Shown here: piece after piece, positions 1 to 11,900 of the stretch
How positions within the stretch are numbered: position 1 is the stretch's first letter
Layout of the letters: every line of letters begins with the position of its first letter
Translations under genes and position numbers: made by a program
Assembly (NCBI GenBank): GCA_964016885.1
Contig: OZ024740.1
Location: 242,358,001 to 242,422,000, forward strand
Length of the DNA stretch: 64,000 bases
Reading direction: 5' to 3'
Source of the DNA: Eledone cirrhosa
Taxonomy: Eukaryota
The notes under the pieces: generated by a model
Databases searched by the model: none
Seen by the model: the letters and a program-made list of their open reading frames with translations, nothing else
Told to the model about the DNA's origin: nothing

Positions 1-1572
1 TATGTATATATACATACAAACAGTAAAGTCATAAAATCAACAAGCAAAACCCTTCTTTGTAAAGTTATTAAATTACCTACAACACAAAATATTCATTCTC
101 ACATCAAAAATAATGGTAAGAAATTACAAAAATACTCATTATTTTTTTCATTTACATGAAGCAAGCAAATTTGAACTGAAGTAAATATAGGCAACATATG
201 ATTTTTTAAAGTGCAATTGCACAATCTCTGCAACTTAGATTATAATTAATTGATAAACTACAAAAATAGATATCAAATAGAATGTACAGAGTGCATCTTT
301 ATATTTTAGCAACACTATATGTAAACACCTTGTCTTCACTCACAGATAAAGACGGATCAGCCAAACTACTTTGAATCTTAAGTTGGAATTTCATCAGTTG
401 CTGTGTACCCTCTTTAACTGTCTGCAGAGTTATTGCTTATCGACTCACCATTACTAAGGGATTAAATAAATTAGACAAACAGATTTTCATATTATAACAT
501 AGTCTTGGCAACTAGTTCCATGAATATATTTCTGGAGTGTTAACACTGACTTGTTTCAATGTGGTTACATACTATAGATTTTATCAAACCCTATAGCAGT
601 AATGATATTATCTTCCTATAGATATGGATGGAAAAAGTAGTTTCAATCCTGTGTGGGGATTTCATCAATGACTGAGTACTACATATAAACCTATCACTAC
701 TAAAGGCTTAAGTAAATTGGATGGATTGATTTGCATATTGATACACAATATCAGCAGCCGGTTTTCTTATTAAATTACCAGTGTGTTAACAGTGTTTTGT
801 TTCAATACTGTTATGTACAACAGTGTGGATCAGCTTTATAGCTTAATCAGACGAATTGATAAATTGTTAAAAAGTCATTTGTATATACACACTAATGAAA
901 GAAATGTGAGAGAGAGGTTGTTAGACAGAAGGCTGTTAAAAGAGTTAAAAGTAGACATGGTTTCAAAGAAAAGGATGTTATTAGGAAAAGGAACTGTCAA
1001 TAAAAAGAAGACGAATCTGAAGTTTCAAAATTAAATTCATCTAATTCATATACTGACCAAGAATATGAAAATCCAGTACCATCTTTAAGGTGACAATGTT
1101 AGTGCCACATTAAAACACACACTGGACACTGTAAGATGAATATATAAACCTACACTCTAACAAGTGCATTTTATCATGTCTTCCTTGACTTTGGCAAGTT
1201 TTGTATGGCTGGATGCCCTTGCTATCACCACCCATGGTACAGACTGTACTGGGTGTGTTTATCTTGTAGTTCACCAATAATAAAGAGGTTGTCATACACC
1301 TGACACAACTAAAGAGACGCCTTGACCTTTTTGGTATGGTTTCTACAGTGGGCAGCCCTTTCTATTTCCCACCACCTTACAGGGTTTATTAGGTGTATTT
1401 ATCATGGCACCATCACTAGAGAGATTGTTGTCACTAACTCAATTGAAGAGCTCCCTCTACCTTACAGATGGGGGTGGGGTATTGTTAGGTATAGAGGGAT
1501 TTGACAGGGTGAGAGATTGGTGATGGGAGGGGAGACCACCAGCTATTTGGGTAATATATATATATATATATA

Positions 1573-1767
1573 TAACGAATGAAATGTGGTAAGGAACCAG
1601 GTGGACCATAACGCACCAAAGTACTCGATACTTAGGGTAGTAGAGTGGGTAATAGGAACAAGTAAGACCCCGACGGCTGAGCTCAAGCCGTTTCGACGGC
1701 TAATTCTGTACTCAATTAGCCGTCGAAATGGCTTGAGCTCAGCCGTCGGGGTCTTACTTGTTCCTAT
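1573..1767. mobile_element. Fold-back element family P1 with HHR 3' half
   Basis: 54-bp arms 1652-1705 / 1714-1767 (1 mismatch), 8-nt loop; left arm continues ~80 bp to (TA)n. The left arm read on minus gives GAAA-CGGCT..AGCCG-TC-GGGGTC; the right arm has TGGC for CGGC. Flanked by (TA)n. Confidence 0.8.
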
Positions 1768-1816
1768 ATATATATATATATATATTATCCTCACCATTTA
1801 CCATATATTTATCATA

Positions 1817-2640
1817 TATGAGGTCTGTAGAAAAATATCCAACTTTAAGAAGTAATGACATTAAGGAGAGAGGAATGTGCAGATTGAAGCCAAATACATT
1901 CATGCGAGCTGGCTGGTTGTGTCAGTCGCTGTGAGATAGCCAGCGTGTGAGGTGCTGTACTACTTACTCATTGCATTTTCATTTCACCTGATACTGCCAA
2001 CAAGGATTCTGAGTTCCTGAATACTGTGATAACTGAAGTTGAGACATGAGTGTCTAGGTATGACCCAGAATCCAAAGCTCAGTTATCATAGTTGAAGCAT
2101 CCAACATTGCAAAGGCCCAAAAAAGCATGTCAAATACAGAGCAAAACCAAAGTAGTGCTGATTGTTTTGTTTGTTTGTTGTTATTTTTTTTTTTTACTGA
2201 AGCATTGTGCAACATAAATATGCACCAAAAGGAAAACAGTTACAAATGAGTACTATCAGGATGTCCTCCAATGTATTTGTGATGTAGTTCAGACATCATG
2301 CAGACTGTGATGGCAGAGCTCAGAGCTATTTTGGAAGGAGCATTTCAAATTTTAAGGTACCAGGATTACATGAAAGACACACATTTGAAGGACTATCAAC
2401 ATGTTGAAGCTGATCCATAATACACATTCATTCTCCTTTTTATTGCAGTTGTCAGGCAAGCGTTCTGGCACTAGCAAGATTGTCTGATGTGGCCATGTTG
2501 GAACACTGTCTTAAAGGGAGTTAGTTGATCATATCAACCCCAGTACTCAAAAGGATGTCCTCCAATATCTTTATGATGCAGCTCAGTGCAAGAGACCGGA
2601 TCTGTGGGCCTTGAAAAACTGGAAAACTGCTAATTTACAG
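1817..2640 (+). mobile_element. Mariner (Tc1/mariner) transposon relic with decayed transposase
   Basis: TIR-like tatgaggtctgtagaaaaatatcc at 1817. 2005-2293 translates as DSEFLNTVITEVET*VSRYDPESKAQLS*LKHPTLQRPKKACQ..., matching mariner FLxxxITGDETW-YDPETKxQSxxWK-PKK. A continuation at ~2551-2625 reads DVLQYLYDAAQCKRPDLW. Confidence 0.8.
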
Positions 2641-3067
2641 GACATAAAAACAGACACAGTCACCAAGTAAACATGGTCATGGGAACACGTATACACATGA
2701 CAGGTTTCTTCAGTTACTGTCTACAAATTTTTGTCACAAGGCATTGGTCAACCCAAGCAAAAAGTGCTACAAGGTAGGAATGAGTCTGATACCAGGTAAT
2801 TGCAAAGCAAATTACTACTGTATAAAAATAACTAGAAAAAGATGTTCCATTTGTGTCCTTAAATATTCTATACAAAGAATAAATAAATGAAATAACTGAA
2901 AGTAAAGACAAATTGCTAAAAATGATGACAATGTGGTAGTGTATCATATTTTATATTTAGATATGTATTATGATGTCAAATATATAATGTACACACTTGA
3001 ATTATCTCAATAAAAGCATTATAAATTCAAATATAGTACATTAAAATCCCTTAAATATTGAGCTTCA

Positions 3068-3260
3068 AATAATTGTTTCTACTTTTGGCACAAGGCCAGC
3101 AATTACCCAGAGCATTACTGGTACTTTATTTTATCGACCCCGTAAGGATGAAAGGCAAAGTTAACCTCGGTGGGATTTGAACTCAGAATGGCAAGGGCCA
3201 TAACTCTATACGTCAAAGCATGGCATCCGACCCTCTACCGATAAAGCTAATCCACCGCCC
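3068..3260 (-). mobile_element. SINE family B copy
   Basis: Reverse complement of 52068-52260. Confidence 0.8.
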
Positions 3261-3820
3261 TTGAACTTCAAATAATGATAGTCCTTCAAATGTGCATGCT
3301 TCTGTATGTATATGTACATATACATGTAATTGTGGTACCTTAAAATCATTTAGTTTTATTATGTATCTAGTTGCTGCATCAAGCTGTAGATTATGTAATG
3401 TGATGGGTATCAGGAGCAAAAATAGTGTTACGTAAGATATGAGAATTCATATTAATTTCAACATCAAATCAAACATGGAAAATATATTTTCCTGTTGTAT
3501 TCAAAGAATAAAAAATGAAAACAACTGTTATTATCAAAATATAAAAGACTTCCCAACAAACTAATATAAAAATAAATAAATAATCTTTAATAATTGTTTA
3601 CTCATCTTTTATAACGATAAAATATGTTATAATCTATATAACACTAAGTACTAATATTTCAAATGCAAAATAGTAAATTTAAAATAATACTTATCAAATA
3701 ACATTTTTTTTACTTCCTGCCAACAAAATGTACTAACTGGATAAATTATGTTTAAAGAGCCCTCTTCCTCCTTCAATTGGATTTAAACCTTATTTTCCTA
3801 TATATATATATATATATAAT

Positions 3821-3987
3821 ATAAAACGAAAAATCAGTGATGCATCTGAACTCAATTTATTGTGTGTTATAATTGTTTCGCCAGCGGACAGCTCAAGACG
3901 CGATCTTTGTGTGGATCTGTCTGATTCTGGACCCACAAGTTCGACGCACACGTCTAATGATTTCAGAGCATATTCTTCCACTGGGGT
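3821..3987 (-). mobile_element. Solo P2 copy in (TA)n
   Basis: Homologous to 27808-27975 (aaaacgaaaaatcagtgatgcatctg...cactggggt); (TA)n on both sides. Confidence 0.8.
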
Positions 3988-4286
3988 ATATATATATATA
4001 TATATACATACACGTACTACCTATTTCATACTGTAAAGTAGTTAGTGTTTGGAAGGGTAACCAGCTAGAAAAGTCTTGCTAAAACAATGACTAGTGTGGC
4101 TCACCAGATAAACATTAATTGCACCTACAGAACTAACACTAATCATGTTAGTGTTGCACACAGTACTGTGGTAGTTAATCTAACCTTGTTGAAATCCACT
4201 TGATCGCATCAAACAATCACAAATTTTCTTTCAGGTACAGAAAGCTGTTACCAAAAGATCATTCAATAACCATTGAACTGCCCACC

Positions 4287-4380
4287 ATACTCCAGGTAAT
4301 GCCTTTCAACGTTGCCACAATGAAAAGTAGATCAGGTGAAATTGCAGGGATGCTTCAGCAAAGAAGAGTCGATGTGTTTT
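4287..4380 (+). mobile_element. RTE LINE AP-endonuclease N-terminal fragment
   Basis: LQVMPFNVATMKSRSGEIAGMLQQRRVDV resembles RTE LRVGTxNVGTMxGxSxExxxxLxRRxVD. Confidence 0.65.
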
Positions 4381-4904
4381 TGGTCCATGGAAAAATGGAT
4401 GTAAAATTATATATATATTAATACACATAACATAGCCTTTTGTACTGTTTATTATAATACATTACTGTATTTTGAGCCGTTTTAACATCCCCACCTATGT
4501 TTCCAAAATTTGTTAATATTGTTTTTGTAAAAAACGATATATTTTTCATATATATATAAGCAATGTGTTTGTATTTATACACATACACTTATAAACATTT
4601 TTTGTGAACACAACTGGAAAGATGCTTTCCATACTTTTAAAGATTTGGTTCAAATAAAAACCAATTCAACCAAACTCATAAAAATAGAAACTAGAGTGGA
4701 ATTGGTACATAGTGAAAATATTTTTAGAAGTGTCAGCAGCTTAGGAGATTGCTTTGAAATACTCTTTTGACTGAAGCCAAACTAGATGTTAGATGAAATT
4801 CAATTGGCAAACATAGCTCAACCTTAATGTTCATATAATTGATCACATTGCTGCAAAGAAACTACTACTGAAAGAAAAATGGCGGCAGGGGTAACAAGCC
4901 CAAG

Positions 4905-5130
4905 TTAACCCTTTAGCATTTAAACCGGGCATATCTGGCCAGAATTCTCTCACATCTTTCTGTTTAAACTGGCCATAACCGGCTACTCATACTGATATTA
5001 AGGTATTGTTCTCAAAATATATCACATCATCAAAATCTCATAGATTCCACATTATGTGAGATAATTATTTGAGATAAAGCCTTTACCTTGAAAATATTAT
5101 AGTAGAGTAATGTAAATGCTAAAGGGTTAA
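4905..5130 (+). mobile_element. piggyBac-type MITE family C (~220 bp; TIR CCCTTTAGCATTTA, TTAA target duplication)
   Basis: ttaa-ccctttagcattta...taaatgctaaaggg-ttaa. Partial copies at 48282-48484 and 61863-62059. Confidence 0.85.
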
Positions 5131-6913
5131 GACATACAGGCAATGAATACTACTACTAGTTGAAATTAAACTGTACATCTGATGTGTTGAAATAAGACTT
5201 CACCAGGTAAAAAATAATTGAATGAATAATATCTGCATGTGTAGTTCTTATTTCAAAATGTGAAGTTAAAGTGGCATGTGATGGAAACAGAGTGGTTTGT
5301 AAATGATACTGTGACGAAACTCAAGGTGCTATGAAATAAAACAGATATCAAATCATTCAAAAACTTTGGACTAACTCATTTCTTACATGGATAGTTGTTT
5401 TCTCATTTGCTTCCTTCAAAAAGATGAACCTCAAACTCACCTTTATACTCCATTAGAGTATGTTTGGCAACAAAAGAGAGTTATGCATGAGATGATTTCA
5501 CCTTCTCAACCGGTTAATCTAAACTCTATATTTGTGTAGTCTTGTATTGGCTTTAGATATTTAGCTGTGGCCAGTCAGAGATTTGTGATGAGCTTAACTA
5601 AAAGATAATATTTTTTTAAATGTAGCCAAAAAGTACTCAAGATACCATTGAAAACCTTTTCTGCAATGTTGGAAAGGCATCTTAATGTTTTATCTTATCA
5701 AACTCACCAAGATAATGATATAGAAGCAAAATCGCCAAGTACATATGGTATTGGGCTGAAATTCACTGTAAGTATTTCTGCCATAGCCTTAGGTCAACCC
5801 AACTATTATAAGTAAAATATAGTAAATAAAAATTGTGTGGAATCCTGCCAAAGAAACTGTTGTTTTAGTGCACTGCCCAGTTTAACTTTATGATCTAGCT
5901 TATAAGTCCATTTAACAGAGTCATGAAGTTGCAAGCATTCAAGCTAGGTCTCCAGTCTAAGGATCTCCCCTTCCCCCTATCAGTCACAGAGACCCTCAAG
6001 AATATCATGACGGATGCCCTTTCTCTGACTAAGTCACAAATAAAGAACATAGAAAAGTAGGTTGAGTTGTCACTAAAGCTAGTGTGTAAGACAGTTTCAT
6101 GAGATCAATGTTTTTTTTTTCTTGTCAGCTCCTCTCAGCATGTTATTCCACAGATTACTCCAAAATGCAGGAAACAGCAATATAAAAAAAGATATATATA
6201 CATATATGTACATACACATACATGCACAAATATATGCATAAATATGTGTACACATACTTTTACAGCTTTCAGTCAATAGATGAAAACTGTAGAGGAATAT
6301 GTGTGTATGCATATATATATATTACTATATACTCACAAATAAATACTTTTGTGTATATGTATAATAATGGATGTCATATTCTGTCTAAAACAAATACTTC
6401 TAGAGACTCAAACCCACTCTAATCAGGAATTTTCTTAACTCCTGTGAGTTTTATATTCTAGTTTTTAAACTCTCCTCCAATCCTCAAAAAGATCCCATGC
6501 CACATAGAAATCTCTAAATACAAAAATAGATTATACAAATACTTCTACAAATTACTACTATATAACAAAAAAATAGAAAAATATAACTTTGTACATTATT
6601 ATTTGGGTGGATTTGAAATCATAATGATAATGATCATCATCATCACCATCTTCAAAATTGGGAAACTGCTAATTTTATGATTAAAAAGACTAATAAAAAT
6701 ATTGCGTTGTTATCATATGCTAATTCCATTGTCATTTATCAATTTACTACTGAAGTGAAACAAAATGACATGCAAATAGGTGGTGACCTAGAATACAGTG
6801 CAGAAAAAAAACATCTTTAAAAAAAAATATAAGTAATATATCCAATCAATTCATTAGGAAACCTTTTGAGAATTCTAAGTTCACCAAAAAGCTCTATATA
6901 CAATGAAATGTGG

Positions 6914-7167
6914 AACAATGAAAACATAAGGCGAAATTTAGTACTAAATTAGATCATTGTTTTACGTTCGTTTCAGAAGGTTGATATAGTGACAAATCGA
7001 TATAGTGTTATAAATCTTGATACTATAGATCTATCTCACCATTTTCAAGTTGCATAACTACTATCTATTAGTCACTGTATCGATTTATCATGGTCAATCA
7101 ACCTTCTGAAACGATTGTAAAAAATGAACTAATTAAGCACTAAACTCCACCTTTTGTTTTCATTGTT
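6914..7167. mobile_element. Old, diverged fold-back element P7 with HHR 3' half (GAAA-CGA(T/A)(C/T)G-TA)
   Basis: ~94-bp imperfect arms 6914-7007 / 7073-7167; right arm ccttct-GAAA-cgattg-TA (7108-7119), left arm on minus ccttct-GAAA-cgaacg-TA. Confidence 0.7.
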
Positions 7168-8180
7168 AAACATGTATATATGACTCTGTAGCACATTTCA
7201 ATGCCCAATGAAATCCAATATGATGATAGCCTACTACAAAAACAAAAACTCTCATCACCTGATCTTATTGAAATTTTTACTTCTGTACTACATGGAAGTT
7301 TAACAGCATTATTGGCCCAACCATAGGTAGATACCAGTATATCAATAACTTACAACAAATATCAATGAACCAGGTGACTGTATAGTTATTGAGCTTATTC
7401 ACCCTACCAAGAGCATTGATTTGTATTTATTGAGTTCATATGATGTAAATAAATATTCATTTTCTTAAGCATATGAAATTATTAAAAAGAAATAAAAAAA
7501 GAACAATTGATTTAAATATCTTTACAATTTTGAGTAATAACAGAGCTGAAGAAATGGCTATATTTGATAGCAAGCCTTCATTCTTCAGAGATGATTAACT
7601 ACTCACACAAGTCATTTAACTATATAAAATTATTAAAAGATTAACTTAAAAATCTACACAATGGCAGTTCACATTTGCTTGCTTAATATAAAACTAAACA
7701 GTTATATACACAAATGATGTCCAAGTACATGTGTGTTTATAAAAAAAAAATATGCAAACATATATACATGAACATATAGAATAATGTGAGAAATGAATAA
7801 TTATTAAGAGTGACTGTAATTATGATGAAAATACATATTGAGGGGCTTTAGCTTGTGAATTTATGAGCTACCAGCAACTGAGGTGATGATAATAATATTG
7901 GGAGTTACAACATCTTGTCAAATGAGTTCTATATCTGCAACTGCAACATGCCCAAATTGTGGCTTTCAATAATAATCATGCAGAAAGGTGAAAGGTTAAA
8001 TGGGTTTAAAAAAAAAAACAAGCAGAACATTAGTAGCAACATACAGTGACAATGAACCAACAACATTTTGATACAATAAAAGAAAAAAAAAATCAACCAA
8101 CAAATTTGACCATAATTAAATTCTTAGAAAGCAGTTAGTAAATTTACAGTTTAAACAAAATTTCATGCAAGCTAAGAAAG

Positions 8181-8235
<55 letters not shown>

Positions 8236-8952
8236 TATATATGAATTAACAATGAGTGTATGTACAAAATGTATTTATATGTATATGTGTTTATATTTAA
8301 ATAATTTTGAAGGTTTCTCATCCATTCTGGCATGTGAGTATGTATAGAAAATACAACTCTACACACATCTGCAGGACATACTTAAAAGTTGGTAATAACT
8401 CTTGAAAAAAAATACAAGCACACATTACTTGCATACACTAGCACACACAAAATATACACACATATATCTATACATATTTGTAAACTTCATATATTTATAT
8501 ATGCATGTACATGAGAAAAAAAAACAAGTCACATGCATACATATAGATAAATATGCAATGATATACGCACATTTTTCATACACCCATAAATGAAACAGTG
8601 ATACCACTTTTATAGCATTTACCTTAATAGCAATTAAATAACCAGAATCAATATATTAAGCCATAATTATAAAAAGTTCTTAAAAGCAAATAGTGGTATC
8701 ACTGTGGCAACTAAATTCATCCATTAAAAGGTCATTTTGTCAATACAAATTCTAAGATTTAATGTAATATCACTGTATATCAATACCAATATCACTGTAT
8801 ATTGCTACATCTGCTATGAAACAACTGGTTATACATATGGTTTGTCCAATGCAAGCTGCAAAATAATAGCGGAACGGAGACAAAATGCTAACACACCCAG
8901 GCACACACAATTGCTTGCTGCAAGGGAATACTATTAAGCTGATACAGATAGT

Positions 8953-11900
8953 TCAACCTTTTCTTGAACGGGCAGTGGTTGACTTTGTCTTCGAAGGTGA
9001 TCCTGTCCTTTTATCAGGTGATGTCACTCGAGAGGTTTTTTGGGGACTGCAGCTGCGTATTCGGTCGGCACTTGGAGAATGTGAATATGAAGGAGCATGT
9101 TGGTTCTGACTAGCTTCCAATGTGTTTTTTATCATTGCTAGCCTTAATTTCTCAGTCTTGGTTGTTCTTTTGAGTATGATGCTTCTACTTGTCGATCTTC
9201 CTCGTGGTTTCTCAGCAGGCAAAGTACTGTTTTCCTTCTTCAACGATGAATCAGATACTTTTGAAGAATCAATACTATCTGTTTTTATAGGGCTACTTGC
9301 TTTGGGGGGCGAAGAGACGGACCTACGTACGGGTTTTGGTTTTTCCGTACTACTAATCCCTTTGCTTTTAGAACTAGACTTTGATTTTGAAGGGCTACTA
9401 CTTCCTTTTGATTTCTTCGTAGAACTTGTTACACTGGCCTTAGAAGAGGCAGATTTCTGTTTTGGAGCACTAACAAGAGATGAAGCTTTTTTCTCTTTTT
9501 TCATTCCTTTCTCTGGACTAGTTTTTGAGGATTTAGATCGAACTCCATCTTTTCCAGGGGTAGATTCCCCACGGCTTTTGGTCTTAGACTCTTTCTTTTT
9601 AGATTTTTTCAGTTTTGTGTCTTTGGTTTTAGGCATTTTCTGGTTATCTTTGATGATTTGCTCCGATGTCAAGATCTTAGCTCTCTTTTGAACCAGCAGC
9701 TCCACTTTGTTGACAGTATTGCCATCTTCAGTTTTAGTCACTTTGACAATCTCTTCCAGATCCTTTGGTAATAAATCACCATTCAGTTTCTGTAAATGTT
9801 CAATATTTGAATATACTTCCTTTTCATTGATTGTATCAAGTGCTTGGCTCTGAGAATCAATTTTGGCCACCTTATTACTAATGTGTTCAATTTGAGGAGC
9901 TTCTTCAACAAAAACAGATTTTATCACAGATTCTACCTCATTTTTAGCACTAACAGCAGTTCCAAGTGACACATCGCCAGTTTGGTCAGCAATGTCTTTA
10001 TTAGATTCAACAGCAGTAAGAATTGATTTTGCCACTTCTTTTTCCAATTCAGTGGAAACATCAGAATGATAGACACCATTGTCAGACTGTTTAACTTCTG
10101 TGTGATCATCATTTAACTTCAATGAATCTATTTCTGATATATCAGATACTGCAATCTCTTGGCTTTTCTTTGGCATCTCTGATTCAACTTTCTTTACTAC
10201 ACCAATTTCACATTCGGTTAATACCAGCGAATCACTAATGCTGTCTAATGATGACACATTCTGTGTTCCTTCATTAAGAATTGCTGTTAAAAGACCCATC
10301 TGGTCAGAATCCTTTTCTCCTGAGATGAGTGATTTTTCACAAATTTCAATTCCTAAATTTTCAACTTCTTTCACTTCAACTGCCTGACTGCCACAAATCT
10401 TCTCCTCGGTAACATCCACAAGTTTCACCTCAGTAACCTCCACAGGTTTCTCCTCAGTAGCCTCCACAGGTTTCTCCTCAGTAGCCTCCACAGGTTTCAC
10501 CTCAGTAGCCTCCACAGGTTTCTCTTCAGTAGGCTCCACAGGTTTCACCTCAGTAGCTTCCACAGGTTTCTCCTCAGTAGCCTCCACAGGTTTCTCCTCA
10601 GTAGCCTCCACAGGTTTATCCTCAGTAAGCACCACAGGTTTCTCCTCAGTAGGCTCCACAGGTTTTACCTCAGTAGCCTCCACAGGTTTTACCTCAGTAG
10701 CCTCCACAGGTTTCACCTCAGTAGCCTCCACAGGTTTCTCCTCAGTAGCCTCCACAGGTTTCTCCTCAGTAGCCTCCACAGGTTTCTCCTCAGTAGCCTC
10801 CACAGGTTTCTCTTCAGTAGGCTCCACAGGTTTCACCTCAGTAGCTTCCACAGGTTTCTCCTCAGTAGCCTCCACAGGTTTCTCCTCAGTAGGCTCCACA
10901 GGTTTCTCCTCAGTAGGCTCCACAGGTTTCTCCTCAGTAGGCTCCACAGGTTTATCCTCAGTAAGCACCACAGGTTTCTCCTCAGTAGGCTCCACAGGTT
11001 TCTCCTCAGTAGGCTCCACAGGTTTTACCTCAGTAGCCTCGACAGGTTTCTCCTCAGTAGACTCCACAGGTTTTACCTCAGTAGCTTCCACAGCTTTCTC
11101 CTCAGTAGCCTCCACAGGTTTCACCTCAGTAGCCTCCACAGGTTTCACCTCAGTAGGCTCCACAGGTTTTACCTCAGTAGGCTCCACAGGTTTCTCCTCA
11201 GTAGCCTCCACAGGTTTCTCCTCAGTAGGCTCCACAGGTTTTACCTCAGTAGCCTCGACAGGTTTCTCCTCAGTAGACTCCACAGGTTTTACCTCAGTAA
11301 CCTGCACAGGTTTCTCCTCAGTAACCTCCACAGGTTTTACCTCAGTAGGCTCCACAGGTTTCTCCTCAGTAGCCTCCACAGGTTTTACCTCAGTAGACTC
11401 TACAGGTTTCACCTCAGTAGCCTCCACAGGTTTTACTTCAGTAGCCTCCACAGGTATTACCTCAGTAGCCTCCTCCAGTTTTTCCTCAGAAACCTCCAGA
11501 GGTTTTTCCTCAGTAGCCTCCAGAGGTTTCTCCTCAGTAGCCTCCACAGGTTTTACCTCAGTAGCCTCCACAGGTTTTGCCTCAGTAACCTCCACAGGTT
11601 TTGCCTCAGTAGCCTCCACAGGTTTTACCTCAGTAGCCTCCACAGGTTTTGCCTCAGTAACCTCCACAGGTTTTGCCTCAGTAGCCTCCACAGGTTTTAC
11701 CTCAGTAGCCTCCACAGGTTTTGCCTCAGTAACCTCCACAGGTTTTGCCTCAGTAGCCTCCACAGGTTTTACCTCAGTAGCCTCCACAGGTTTTGCCTCA
11801 GTAACCCCCACAGGTTTTGCCTCAGTAGCCTCCACAGGTTTTACCTCAGTAGCCTCCACAGGTTTTGCCTCAGTAGCCTCCACAGGTTTCTCCTCAGTAG

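Noticed and set aside
1652-1767. Hairpins as miRNA precursors or ordinary TA-target MITEs
   Set aside because: Multicopy, asymmetric arms, variable centres and HHR-half motifs fit retroelement fold-backs better; not formally excluded without small-RNA data and TSD analysis.
4104-4123. Possible 20-nt minus-strand micro-exon (ctgtag|GTGCAATTAATGTTTATCTG|gtgagc) downstream of the giant exon
   Set aside because: Splice-like motifs of this quality occur by chance; no coding support.
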